A DNA stretch of 64,000 bases from the human T2T-CHM13v2.0 reference genome, Homo sapiens. Made by a program: the position numbers and the translations under genes. Location: NCBI RefSeq assembly GCF_009914755.1, contig NC_060947.1; one strand, written 5' to 3'. This document shows, piece after piece, positions 1-11,848 of this stretch (positions within the stretch are counted from its first letter, which is position 1; each line of letters opens with the position of its first letter). The notes under the pieces were generated by a model that saw only the letters and a program-made list of their open reading frames with translations, ran no database searches and was not told the DNA's origin.

Positions 1-1
1 A

Positions 2-41
<40 letters not shown>
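1..41. repeat. (CA)n microsatellite, truncated by window edge
   Basis: About 19 consecutive CA units. Confidence 0.97.
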
Positions 42-43
<2 letters not shown>

Positions 44-394
44 TGGGAAAGTTGCCTGGTAGAGGCACGTGTTGTTGGAGAAAAGTGAGATAACTCACAT
101 CTGTATTTAGACTTAAATATGGGTACACTGGCTCAGAAGGATTTTCGATAAGACATACAAAATATCCAGTATTGGTGAAGGCTGGGAGACAACAGAATGA
201 ATGACTGATTGGGGTAGCCATGGGGAATGCCTTGGGGGAAACACCCTTCTAAGCCATGTGACACACCACAATTAAACTAGGAGAGACAAAGAAGGGTGAG
301 AGGTCACTTTGGAATGACCCTTATTGGTGTTGAGGAAGCTCTCCTTTTTCTCTAACCAGACCATTTAGACTCCTCTGTACCCTGTCCCTCCCCG

Positions 395-472
395 CATGGA
401 ATTGTCAGGAGTGGTGCTTTGTGATGTGTAAGCCATGAAATTGTCAGGAGTGTTGCCTGGTGATGTCTAAGC
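395..472 (+). repeat. 2 x 39-bp tandem duplication in the promoter
   Basis: catggaattgtcaggagtggtgctttgtgatgtgtaagc (395-433) followed by catgaaattgtcaggagtgttgcctggtgatgtctaagc (434-472). Confidence 0.9.
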
Positions 473-571
473 CACCCCAGGGCTACCACTGGCAGAGTAA
501 TTTCTTGCTGGCCAATCAAACTGAAGAATGTGGAATCTCATTGTCCTGAGGAGTATATATAGAGAGAGATC
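395..571 (+). promoter_or_regulatory. Putative Pol II promoter of SPANX/VCX/CSAG-family type
   Basis: CCAAT at 512-516, TATATATA at 554-561, CRE-like TGATGT half sites. The stretches gtgatgtctaagccaccccagggctaccactggc and ggagtatatatagagag resemble the SPANX upstream region as recalled from memory. Confidence 0.6.
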
Positions 572-958
572 ATGAGGCCTGGAGTAGGCTACTGTTGCTC
601 TAGGGTGGCAGGGGTTAGGGAAAAATCAGGAGAGGCTGTAGGCTACTGTTCATCTAGGATGGCAGAGTTTAGTGAAGAAGAGGAAGACACTGTACGCTAC
701 TGTTGTTCTACAATAGAAGATGTTCCTGAAGAAATAAAAGAGGCTATAGCCTACTTTTGCTCTAAGATGGCGGAGATTAACAAGGAGCCAGAAGGGAATA
801 TAGGCCACCATTGCTACGTTATCCCAAAGGTTACCGAGGAAGTAGGAGAAGCTAGTTCAGACATGCCTGAACCATCCACAAGCACAAGCCAAGAAAATCC
901 CAGCATGAAATGGAGAAAGAAAACTACTTGTGAAGCTAAAGAAGGTGAAACTGACGAG
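572..958 (+). CDS. Exon 1 of a putative SPANX/SPANX-N-like small testis protein (129 codons; likely start is ATG 659)
   Basis: Open frame ending ...MPEPSTSTSQENPSMKWRKKTTCEAKEGETDE at a phase-0 donor GAG|gtcaga (959). ATGs at 659 (aggATGG) and 767 (aagATGG) have strong Kozak context. Confidence 0.6.
584..853 (+). repeat. 5 x 54-bp degenerate coding tandem repeat (18-aa unit)
   Basis: Units VGYCCSRVAGVREKSGEA / VGYCSSRMAEFSEEEEDT / VRYCCSTIEDVPEEIKEA / IAYFCSKMAEINKEPEGN / IGHHCYVIPKVTEEVGEA, with no indels. Confidence 0.85.
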
Positions 959-1147
959 GTCAGATATCCCTAATTATGTGACTCTTCCTCCCCATTGATA
1001 CCTAACCCAAGATTCCTACCTTGTCCTTATCTGGCACAAAATCTTTCCTCAACCTGTACACATCATCACAAAATCTCCCTTTCCACACATTCCCCATCCA
1101 CTTCTCCAAATTAATGTCTCTTTTGGCTCACTCTGTTTTTCTTCCAG

Positions 1148-1303
1148 TTGTTGAAGGCAGCAAAGAAGATAAGATCATTTGTTCAGCAGAATTCAGAAAG
1201 ACGTAAAGCGGGGAAAAAGTCAACTGTATTAATTTTTTATTACCACAGTAATAAAAAAAGGGATGAAAATCAGCCAAATGAGGATGAAGACAGCCACGAG
1301 TAA
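1148..1303 (+). CDS. Exon 2 of the putative SPANX-like gene (51 aa + TAA)
   Basis: Strong acceptor ctctgtttttcttccag|TTG. The in-phase frame LLKAAKKIRSFVQQNSERRKAGKKSTVLIFYYHSNKKRDENQPNEDEDSHE* is stop-free. STVLIFYY resembles the SPANX-N hydrophobic core recalled as STVLxFCY/TIIVYYY. Confidence 0.6.
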   Translation: MLKAAKKIRSFVQQNSERRKAGKKSTVLIFYYHSNKKRDENQPNEDEDSHE

Positions 1304-1432
1304 TCTCCCACCTCAAGTGATTCTGAGAGCTCATCAGAAGACCAAGACCTATCTCGTCTCTAGCTTAACCTCTAGAAATGGTCTCCTGTGCAGAGAAACT
1401 ACATATTGCACCAAGATTCTTGGATGTTGGTG

Positions 1433-1490
1433 ATTAAAATTCAACCAAAAGATTTTGAAAAGTTCTGTATATCTCTGTGGTGTTTTCTAA
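1433..1490 (+). terminator. Poly(A) signal ATTAAA with downstream GT-rich element
   Basis: ATTAAA at 1433-1438, 130 nt after the stop, followed by ttctgtatatctctgtggtgtttt. Confidence 0.5.
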
Positions 1491-1849
1491 TAATGGAGAG
1501 GGAGGGAAAGAAGGGGAAGAGCATGTGTATGAGGAGGGAGGGAGTTGAGAACCTTCCAGGTTGTGAGACAGGCTGGTAGCCACAGTTAGCCAGACATTGG
1601 GATTAAGGACTAGATGAGGAACGAGCACTGAAGACAAATTTCCTGCTTAATAATTTATTCCACAGTAAAAGAGGAAAAGGAATTGGTGTTTCTGTGTGTG
1701 TGGGAGGGTGTAGATAGGGAGAGTTGTGATGTGTATGGGGTGGTAGTATGCAACAATGGGTTTGATTCCGTTTTTGATGTTTGTCTGCCGCCAGATTTTA
1801 AGCTTCATCTCATTCCCTTCTCCTACCCCACATCTGATCAAGCTGATAA

Positions 1850-4800
1850 AAACAACTGGAGAGTTACTGAATTTAAAATGGAAATGAACAGATATGCCCA
1901 GCCTCAACTATTTTAATTATTCCCTTGCCTAAAATCCCCATATCCATGGCATCAATTCTTTCCAAATATCCCCTACTGATCATGGACAATCTAACCTAAT
2001 GAGTAATAAATTAAAATTAAGTCTTTGGTACTTGTGATCAGCTTGAAAAATGGGACCCTATGGACTGCCTCACGCAGTTAAAATAAGTTAATAATTAACA
2101 TCTTCCTCCGTTGCTTTTTAAAAAAGCCCAATCTAAATTAAAATAGAATCTTCAATAATTGAAACCCATTATATAAGACCTATTTAGAGAATTAGACCTG
2201 TATAGATGATTACCCTCACTGCTTATGCATTTAACAGCCAAATTTGGATTGTTCTTAAATCTGGAAAATATAAATGGTGCCTCAGTGTATATTACTGTAA
2301 CCTTAATGCCATGGTTCCACTCATCAGGTCTTCATACCTAATATTATTCAATTTACTGATTCCATCCAATACGTATCTGGTAAATAGTTTGCAGTAATAG
2401 CAAAGTATTTGGCTAAATGTCCTGTTCACTTCCTGTTTCAACAGCCTCTCACCTGCAGTGTACTTACCTTCACCTTCAAAGGGACACAATACAACTCTAC
2501 CAGGGTACTTGGTGGGGTATCTTTCCACTTCCGTCATCTCATATAATCTTCACAGGCAGAATATTAACTACATCCAGATTTTCCTAGATGCTCAGGTATG
2601 ACATTACACTGATGACAACCTCTTCTGAGGAGTTTCCTATGAGACACTTCTTCAGGACATAAAAATGTTAGCAAAAAAGATCACAGAAAGGAAATCAGCC
2701 ATTGCCCTCACACATAGTACAAAGCCACACTACATCAGTTAAATTTCTGAAAATTATTTGGTAATCAGAGGGCTGCTCCAATGCAACAGTGTCAAGAAAA
2801 AGCTTTTAGTCTCAGCACCCACATTTTTAAAACAAGTCTAATATCATTTAGACATTTTTGGATCCTGGAGGTAATATATTCCCTACATACAAATTTATTT
2901 AAGTGTATTTGTTCTGTCACTTGTAAATTGGTCCATCTTGAATGAAGCCACCTGCAACAAAAGGCTCTGGAATTTGTCTAAATTGCTATGCAACAGGCAC
3001 TTGTGTTAGGTCTCCCCAGAGACTTAAGCACTGTAGAGATTTTAGCAACCTCATTTCATACTTACTGAAGTCACCAGACCAGCAATGATAGCCTTTAGTT
3101 GCCCATGGGCTTCTGATACAAGGAACTGCTCTGTTTGGCTTTATGCTATATGCCATTAGTGTGGCAACTGGTGGCAACCTACTGGGTTTTGACCAGAAAT
3201 ATAAGTTCTCTCAGGCCCTGTACCTGTGACCCTCAACATCTAGGTGTTCATTATGCCTGGGTCCTGGAATTAGCAACCAGTTAGCTCATCATGGCTAGTG
3301 AATCTTCCTCACTACAGGATGGAGCCACACCTGATTTTTCTGTATGTTCCCACCTACAGGAGACGGTAACTCCTCTGTCCTCAGTCCCTCACTAGATTCC
3401 ACAGTTCTGTAAGACGACATTGCTCTCTCAGACTCCTTGGATAACCAGGGAGTCCCTTAGAATCAACAGAGTGACTACCGAAGGATTATCATTCACTATT
3501 ACCAATGGCATTACCACCCTCACCCCTAATAGAGGTTGCTTGGGAACTGCTGCTTTTCATATCTTAACCAAGATTTCCCTGATAAAGGACAAAACCCAAG
3601 ATTCAGTTGGCCAAACTAAACAATCATCTTAACACTGGATGTCCTGGCCATTAATTGACCTCATCTGAACATTTTTAGAGACCTTTGAGCTATTGTCAAT
3701 TGTCTGACTATTTGGTCTGGTGTTGTGGGAAGTCAGGGACCCCAAATGGACGGAACGGCTGAAGCCATGGCAGAAGAACGTGAATTGTGAAGATTTCATG
3801 GACATTTATTAGTTCCCCAAATTAATACTTTTGTAATTTCTTATGCCTGTCTTTACTGCAGTCTCTAAACATAACTTGTAAAGATTTCATGGACACTTAT
3901 CACTTCCCCAATCAATACCCTTGTGGTTTCCTATGCCGTCTTTACTTTAATCTCTTAATCCTGTCAGCTGATGAGGATGTATATCGCCTCAGGGCCCTGT
4001 AATAATTGCATTAACTGCACAAATTGTACAGCATGTGTGTTTGAGCAATATGAAATGTGGGCACCTTGAAAAAAGAACAGGATAACAGCAGTTGTTCAGG
4101 GAATAAGAGAGATAACCTTAAACTCTGACCGCTGGTAAGCCGGTTGAAACAGAGCCATATTTCTCTTCTTTCAAAAGCAAATGGGAGAAATATTGCTGAA
4201 TTCTTTTTCTCAGCATGGAACATCCCTGAGAAAGAGAATGCGTACCTGGGGGTGGGTTTCTGAACTGCCCCCCCGGGCGTGGTTGTCTCTTTTGGTCGAG
4301 ACTGCAGAGGTGAAATAGAGTCCAGTCTCCCATAGTGCTCCCAGGCTGATTAGGAAGAGGAAATTCCCACCTAATAAATTTTGGTCAGACCGGTTGATCT
4401 CAAAACGCTGTCTCCTGATAAGATGTTATCAATGACAATGGTGCCCGAAACTTCATTAGCAATTTTAATTCTGCCTCGGTCCTGTGGTCCTATCATCTCA
4501 CCCTGCCTCCACTTGCCTTGTGATATTCTATTACCTTGTAAAGTACTTGATGTCTGTGATCCACACCTATTTGCACACTCCCTCCCCTTTTGAAACTCCC
4601 TAATAAAAACTTGCTGGTTTTTGTGGCTTGTGGGGCATCACGGAACCTACGGACACGTGATGTCTCCCCCGGACGCCCAGCTTTAAAATTTCTCTCTTTT
4701 GTACTCTGTCCCTTTATTTCTCAAGCTGGCCGACGCTTGAGGAAAATAGAAAAGAACCTACGTGAATATTGGGGCAGATTACCCAATAGTCTGGCCATTG

Positions 4801-4920
4801 AGAAAACAATTCTTTATCCAAGTTTGCCCCATTTGGGTTAAAGAACTCTTGAATTATTTTGACTCATAGATGCCCCAAATGTAAATTAAGATTATGCATT
4901 TCTCTGTACATATGAAAACC
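1850..4920 (+). mobile_element. Decayed class III (ERVL-type) endogenous retrovirus pol relic, split by MER11
   Basis: RT motifs AFNSQIWIVLKSGKYKWCLSVYYCNLNAMVP (2206 ORF), HYTDD (YxDD at 2605-2616) and VKFLKIIW (2738-2761). RNase H-like IFRDL*AIVNCLTIWSG|HW continues after 4794. Many stops and frameshifts. Confidence 0.8.
3721..4788 (+). mobile_element. MER11 (HERV-K11) solo LTR, probably MER11C
   Basis: Starts tgttgtgggaagtcagggacccc; 1068 bp; AATAAA near 4602; perfect 6-bp TSD GTCTGG at 3715-3720 and 4789-4794. Confidence 0.9.
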
Positions 4921-5454
4921 TCAATACCATGTTCTTACCAAGGCATTCCTTTGTGTTTGGTGTTGTAGACTTTTGAGTTCCAGACATCATTGATAGTGAC
5001 CAAGATACTCATTTCACTTCTTAAAATAAACAACATTCAGCTCTTGAATAAGGCAATGGAACTTTTACCTTCCTTGTTGATTTTAGGTAGGAGGCCTCAT
5101 AGAATGTTATTTAAACTAGTTCAAAATAAATACAACATGGCAAATTTCAGTTGTCAGTCAAGCATCAGGGCCGAAGTTTCATACAGTCTTACTCCATTTT
5201 TGTTGTTTGACTCATGTAAATAATAATCCTTATTGTACCCTCTTGGTGCATGTGTGGCACCATTAGTCTTGACTTTGAAACCAAATTTTGAGTGTTGGGT
5301 ATAAATTCCACTTCTTCAGGATGACTATAAGAAGCTCATATACTGCATACTATATATATATATATATATGCATATATATTTATGCATATTATGCATTTAT
5401 CTAATATATGCATTAGTGGTCATATGAATATGACATTTTATTGTACCAATGTCT

Positions 5455-6080
5455 CAGCAAACAAATATTTTATGGAGTGCCTGATATGTGTCAGACCTGT
5501 TCTAGGTCCTGGGCTTACAGTTAAGAATGTATAGTCTGTAGTTATGCAGTTGTTTAATTTATATTTACATGGTCAAAGGGAAGGGTGAGAATGGTGGTAG
5601 TGGGACAGAGGCCAACATTTTACTTAGGAGATGTGGGAAAATCTCTGAGGAGTTGACTTTTGAATTCAGAACTAAACAGTGAGATAGAATCTGCTGTGTG
5701 AAGACTTTATAAACAACATCTTAGATATAAAGAAGAGCAAGTAGCAATGTCATGAAGTAAGAATAAGGACAAAGTGTTGAGGAGCAGCAAATAGGCAAGT
5801 ATGCCTGGAGTAGAGTGAGAGGAGGAAGAATGGAAATAGACAACTGAGACTAGAGAGCTTGGCAAAGATAAAGACACGTAGAGACTCATAGTGTTAAGAA
5901 CTTGGGTTTTATTTTACATGTAGTGGAAGCCATTTTGGCTTTGATGCATGACAGTGATGTAGATTGATTTAATTTTTAGAAAGATCACTGGATGTTGCAG
6001 ATTTGATAAGACCACAGATGTGACAGATTGTAGCAACAATGCATGTATAAGATAATATTAGCTAAGACTAGGCTTGTAGC
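5455..6080 (-). mobile_element. L2 3' fragment
   Basis: caaacaaatattttatggagtgcctgatatgtgtcag is the reverse complement of the L2 3' terminus, followed by typical purine-rich L2 antisense body. Confidence 0.7.
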
Positions 6081-6104
6081 AGGAAGAATGTAACTTAGTA
6101 TCTA

Positions 6105-6352
6105 ACATAGCAGTTTAGGGGATAGGCTTTGAAGTTTGACCTCATTTTAAAGTATCACCACCTAAAGGCTATTTGTCCCTGAGCAAGTTCCTTAACCTCT
6201 GTAAGGATTAATTCCCTGATGTATAAAATGAGATGATAATGGTACGCCTCTATGTCCTAGGGTCACTCTGGAATTGAATGAAGTAATTTATGTAAAAAAC
6301 TTGGTACTATATTAGACACATAATAGGCATTTGATAAAATGGCTACTGTTAT
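6105..6352 (+). mobile_element. MIR SINE
   Basis: Core tgagcaagttccttaacctctgt...tgtataaaatgagatgataat. Confidence 0.75.
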
Positions 6353-6547
6353 TAACAACCATAATATAAATAAATACATAAATAAAAGCAAGCTACTTCT
6401 TGCTTTTCTTTGCCAACTCTCCAAGTGCTAGCATGTCATGTATAAGCTGCTGTTAACTCATGATTACTGAGCCCTTATTTGTTTTTATTGAAGACACAAT
6501 TATCTTTGGTCACCTGTGCTCAATAGCTAGGCATTCTGGTACCCTTA

Positions 6548-6916
6548 TGTATTAGTTCATTCTCACGCTGCTATGAAGAAATACCCAAGACTGGGTAATT
6601 TGTAAAGAAACAAGTGTTAATTGACTCACAGTTCTGCATGGCTGGGAAAGTCTCAGGAAATTTTCAATCGTGGTGGAAGGGAAAGCAAACACATCCTTCT
6701 TCACAAGGCAACAAGAGAGAGGTACTGAGCAAAAGGGAAAAAAGTCCCTTATAAAACCATCAGATCTCCTGAGAACTCACTATCATGAGAACAGCATGAG
6801 GATAACTGACCCCATGATTCAATTACTTCCAAACAGGTCCCTCCCACAACATGTGGGGATTATGGGAACTACAATTTAAAAAGAGACTTGGATGGGGACA
6901 CAGCCAATCCATATCA
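6548..6916 (-). mobile_element. THE1 (THE1C/D-like) MaLR solo LTR
   Basis: tgtattagt...ccatatca termini; 5-bp TSD CCTTA on both sides. Confidence 0.9.
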
Positions 6917-7308
6917 CCTTAGATACTTCATAATAACTGGTCATATATGGCTTATGATTAATTTATAAAATGAAGTTGTGGTAGTGGCTGATCTATGACA
7001 TTTTCTCTTTGTACCTGATGAGTCATCATTTGAACATCTCTCCTCTCCAACCTCCTTCCACAGGCGTAAATGAGCAGCAACCCATGTTTCTAACCTAACT
7101 GCAGACAAGTTGCTTAACTTAGCCAGATTTCTTTGGTGTTTTTTTTTTCTGTTAAATGCATATTTGTGTGTTTCTTCATCCAGAAAACAATGTTTGCATT
7201 TTTTTGAAGCCAGTTCTCATTTTATTACTTTCAAACCAGAACTTTCTCTAAATATCTTTGTCCCTTGGTGCTTTTAGTTGTTTGCCCCATGCTTTTATCC
7301 TGGACATC

Positions 7309-9432
7309 TGATACCTCATGAGATATGATGGTTTTATAAATGGGAGTTCCCCTGCATAAGATTTCTTGCCTGCCTCCATGTAAGATGTGATTTTGCTCCT
7401 CATTTGCCTTCTGCCATGATTGTGAGGCATCTCCAGCAATGTGGAACTGTGAGTCAATTAAACTCTTTCCTTTATAAATTACCCAGTCTTGGGTTTGTCT
7501 TTATTAGCAGCAAACTAATACAGCAACAGACTAATACAGCAAATTGGTACCGCAGAGAGTGGAGCACTGCTGTAAAGATATCCAAACATGTGGAAGCGTC
7601 TTTGGACCTGGGTAACAGCCACAGGTTGGAACAGAGGTTTGGAGGTCTCAGGAGAGGACAGGAAGATATGGAGAACTTTGGAACTTCCTAGAGACTTGTT
7701 GAATGGCCTTGACCAAAAGGCAGATAGTGATATAGACAATAAAGTCCAGGCTGAGGTGGTCTCAGATGGAGATGAGGAACTTGGGAACTGGAGTAAAGGT
7801 CATTCTTGCCATAGAAAGAGACTTATGGCATTTTGCCTCTGCCCTAGAGATCTGTGGAACTTTGAACTTGAGAGAGATAATTTAGGGTATCTGGCAGAAG
7901 AAATTTCTAAGCAGCAAAGTGTTCAAGAGGAAACAGAGCATAAAACTTGGAAAAGTTTACAGCCTGATAATGCAATAGAAAAGAAAAACCTATTTTCTGG
8001 GGAGAACTTCAAGCCAGCTCCAAAAATTTGCATAAGTAATGAGGAACCAAATACTAATTGTTAAAACAATGGGGAAAATGACTCCAGGGCATGTCAGAGA
8101 CCTTCATTGCAGCCCCTTCCATCACAGGCCTGGAGGCCTAGAAGAGAAAAATGGTTTCTTGTGCCAGATCCAGGGACCCTCTGCTGTGTGTAGCCTCTTG
8201 ACTTGGTGCCTGCTTCCTAGGCACTTCAGTCCAAGGTTAAAAGTGGCCAAGGTGCATCTCAGGCCATTGCTTCAGAGGATTCAAGTCCTAAGCCTTGGTA
8301 GCTTCCACATGATGTTGGTCCCGTGGGTATGTGGAAGACAAAAATTGAGATTTGGGAACCTCTTACTACTAGATTTCAGAGGATATATAGAAACACATGG
8401 CTGTCCAGGCAGAGGTGTGCTGCAGGGGTGGACCCCTCATGGAGAACCTCTGCTTGGCCTGTGTGGAAGGGAAATGTGGGGTCAGAACCCCCACACAGAG
8501 TCCCCACTGGGGCACTGCCTAGTGTAGCTGTGGGAAGAGGGCCACTGTCCTCCAGACCCCAGAATGGTAGATCCACTGACAGCTTGCACCGTGCACCTAA
8601 AAAAGCTGCAGACACTCAATGCCAGCCTGTGAAAACAGCTGGGAGAGGGGCTGTACCCTGCAAAGCCACAGGGGCAGAGCTGCCCAAGGCCATGGGAGTC
8701 CACTACTTGCATCAGCGTGAACTGGATGTGATACATGGAGTCAAAGGAGATCATGTTGGAACTTTAAGGTTTAATGACTGCCCTGTTGGATTTTGGACTT
8801 GAATGGGGCCTGTAGCCCCTTTGTTTTGGCCAATTTCTCCCATGTGGAATGGGCGTCTTTACCCAGTGCCTATACTTGCATTGTGTCTCGGAAGTAACTA
8901 ACTTGCTTTTGATTTTACAGGCTCATAGGCAGAAGGGACTTACCTTGTCTCAGATGAGACCTTGGCCTGTGGACTTTTGAGTTAATGCTGAAATGATTTA
9001 AGCCTTTGGGGGACTTTTGGGAAGGCATGATTGGTTTTGAAATGTGAGGACATGAGATTTGGGAGGGGCCGGTGGCAGAATGATATGGTTGGCTGTGTCC
9101 CCATCCAAATCTCACCTCGAATTGTAATAATTCCCATGTCAAGGGTTGGGCCAGGTGGAGATAATTGAATCATGGTGGTGACTTCTGCCCTACTGTTGCC
9201 ATGGTAGTGAATACATCTCAGGAGATCTGATGGTTTTATAAATGGGAGTTAACCTGCACAAGCTCTCTTGCCTGCTGCCACGTAAGATGTGACTTTGCTG
9301 CTCATTTGCCTTCTGCGATGATTGTGAGGCTTCCCCAGTCATGTGGAATTGTGAGTCCATTAAACCTCTTTCCTTTATAAATTACCCAGTCTCAGTTATG
9401 TCTTTATTAGTAGTATAAGAACAGACTAATAC
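7309..9432 (+). mobile_element. THE1C-like MaLR provirus (deleted 5' LTR 7309-7538, internal 7539-9080, 3' LTR 9081-9432)
   Basis: LTR ends cagactaataca; internal begins gcaaattggtacc; 3' LTR begins tgatatggttggctgtgtcc; THE1-int ORF remnant LELPRDLLNG. Confidence 0.92.
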
Positions 9433-9481
9433 ACTATCTTTCCACATTATTGTCATTTAGAACTATAATTAACAAGCTGTA

Positions 9482-9800
9482 GGCTGGGCATGGTGGCTCA
9501 CGCCTATTATCCCAGCACTTTGGAAGGTGTGGTGGGCAGATCACGAGGTCAGGAGTTCGAGACCAGCCTGGCCAATATGGTGACACCGAATCTCTAATAA
9601 AAATACGAAAATTAGGGGGCCGTGGTGGCATGCACCTGTAGTTTCAGCTATTCGGGAGGCTGAGGCAGAAGAACTCTTTTGAATCCAGGAGGCGGAGATT
9701 GCAGTGAGCCGAGACCATGCCACTGCACTCCAGCCTGGGCGACAGAGTGAGACTCCATCTCAAAAACACACACACAGACACAAATAAACAAACAAAAAAC
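9482..9800 (+). mobile_element. AluS (Sg-like)
   Basis: Full dimer with CA-interrupted A tail; flanking CAAGCTGT direct repeat. Confidence 0.95.
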
Positions 9801-9899
9801 CAAGCTGTTTACTGCTCCTTACATGTCACTGATGAGCAAGTAAAATAGTGCTACGTGTTTTTCCTTCCTCTTTGAATTAATTGCTTTCTCTTCCCCACC

Positions 9900-10200
9900 T
9901 ATGTCTGATGAGTGATGAAAGCTTAATCATTCTTCAAGGCTAAGATCAAATGTTGCTCCCACTCTGATGTCTCCCCACCACCAACCCCAGCAGAGTTAGT
10001 GGCTCCTGTTGTCCTACTACTACTTGTATTAGAGCACTTACCATGTTGTATTAAAATCATTGATTTACAACTTTGTCTCCCTCATTATACAATATACACC
10101 AGGAAGAAGCATATTTCATTCATTTTTGTAATTGCAACCACCTTAATACACTTATCACAACATCATGGTGGCTGCTCAATGTATGTTTGATGAATAAATG
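9900..10200 (+). mobile_element. L2 3' end
   Basis: Ends gctcaatgtatgtttgatgaataaatg. Confidence 0.65.
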
Positions 10201-10278
10201 GAAGACAAAACAATCATCAATTTTATACATGTTAGGTTATTTTCTGAATCTGCTGTATAATGTTTTATTTAGAAATGT

Positions 10279-10976
10279 TGCTGTGGTTTGAATGTGTCCC
10301 CAAAATTGCATGTATTGAAAATATAATCCTCAGATTCATATGTCAATAGGAGGTGAGGTATTTGGGAAGTAATTTGGATTGGATAAGTTCATCAGGATGG
10401 AGCCCCTATGATATGGGAATAGTAGCTTTATAGGAAGAGGTTAGAGATACCTGGGCTGACTCCAATGCTGTTGCCCTCTCACCATGTGATGCCATCTCTC
10501 ATCTTATGATGTAGGAAGAAGGCCCTCACCAGATGCTAACACCATGCCCTTGGACTTCCCAGTTCTAGAAAAATGAGCTAAATAAACTTTTTGTTCTGTT
10601 TTGGTTTTTTTTTTTTTGAGATGGATTCTCGCTCTGTCACCCAGGCTGTAGTGCAGTGGTGTGATCTTGGCTGACTGCAACCTCCGCCTGGGGTTCAAGC
10701 AATTTTTCTGCCTCAGTCTCCTGAGGAGCTGGGACTACAGGCTCCTGCCACAATGCCCAGCAATTTTTTTTTTTTTTTGTATTTTTAGTAGAGATGGGGT
10801 TTCACCATGTTAGCGAGGATGGTCTCAATCTCCTGACCTTGTGATCTGCCCACCTTGGTCTCCCAAAGTGGTGGGATTACAGGCGTGAGCCACCACGCCC
10901 AGCCATAAAGTCCTATTGTTTTTAATTTAGCTGGTATGTAGTATTACATTTTAGTAAGATAAAATGGATTAAGACA
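10279..10976 (+). mobile_element. MSTC-like MaLR LTR interrupted by an Alu
   Basis: Starts tgctgtggtttgaatgtgtcccc; ends aaaatggattaagaca. Confidence 0.8.
10588..10904 (-). mobile_element. AluS (Sc-like)
   Basis: Poly-T followed by antisense Alu dimer ending ccaccacgcccagcc. Confidence 0.95.
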
Positions 10977-11024
10977 AAGGTTAAAGCTTAAAATCATTTA
11001 AAAATTTTATTTAAAAAAAATTCA

Positions 11025-11412
<388 letters not shown>

Positions 11413-11848
11413 TCATATATACATAGCTTTATTCATATAAACGCTCATATGTGAATTTATGTAAGAGTTATGTATACACGTATATACATATATGTATATA
11501 TTGTTTAGAAAGACCATCTCTATAAAATTTTGCATTTCTTTACTCTCTCCTCCAATTGGATAACCAATGTTAAAAGGTGATTGTGCATTTTTCCATATCT
11601 TTGCCAATTTCATATAGTAATATAGCATATATACATATACGTACACCTGTATAGAAGCACTATTTTACTCTTTAATGCATCTTGGTTATATAACTTAGAA
11701 ACACTACATAAAAATCTATCCACATTTTCTGGTATAGAATTATCATACTTTTAAATGTAGTCATGTGAATGAGGATGGCTTAAATGAAACTTATTAAGCC
11801 ATTTCTCTATTGCAGGCATTCAGGTTGATTCCAGTTTTTGGCCACTGC

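Noticed and set aside
584-853. Regularly spaced repeats as a CRISPR-like array
   Set aside because: The units are whole degenerate tandem copies in a coding frame, with no repeat-spacer structure, in a eukaryotic context with no cas genes.
572-973. Unspliced 133-aa ORF as the gene product
   Set aside because: It only runs 4 codons into the intron. The spliced model with exon 2 fits the splice signals and poly(A) site better.
7404-9173. Several 80-160 aa ORFs
   Set aside because: All lie within THE1 LTR or internal sequence and are broken remnants or alternate frames of the MaLR ORF.
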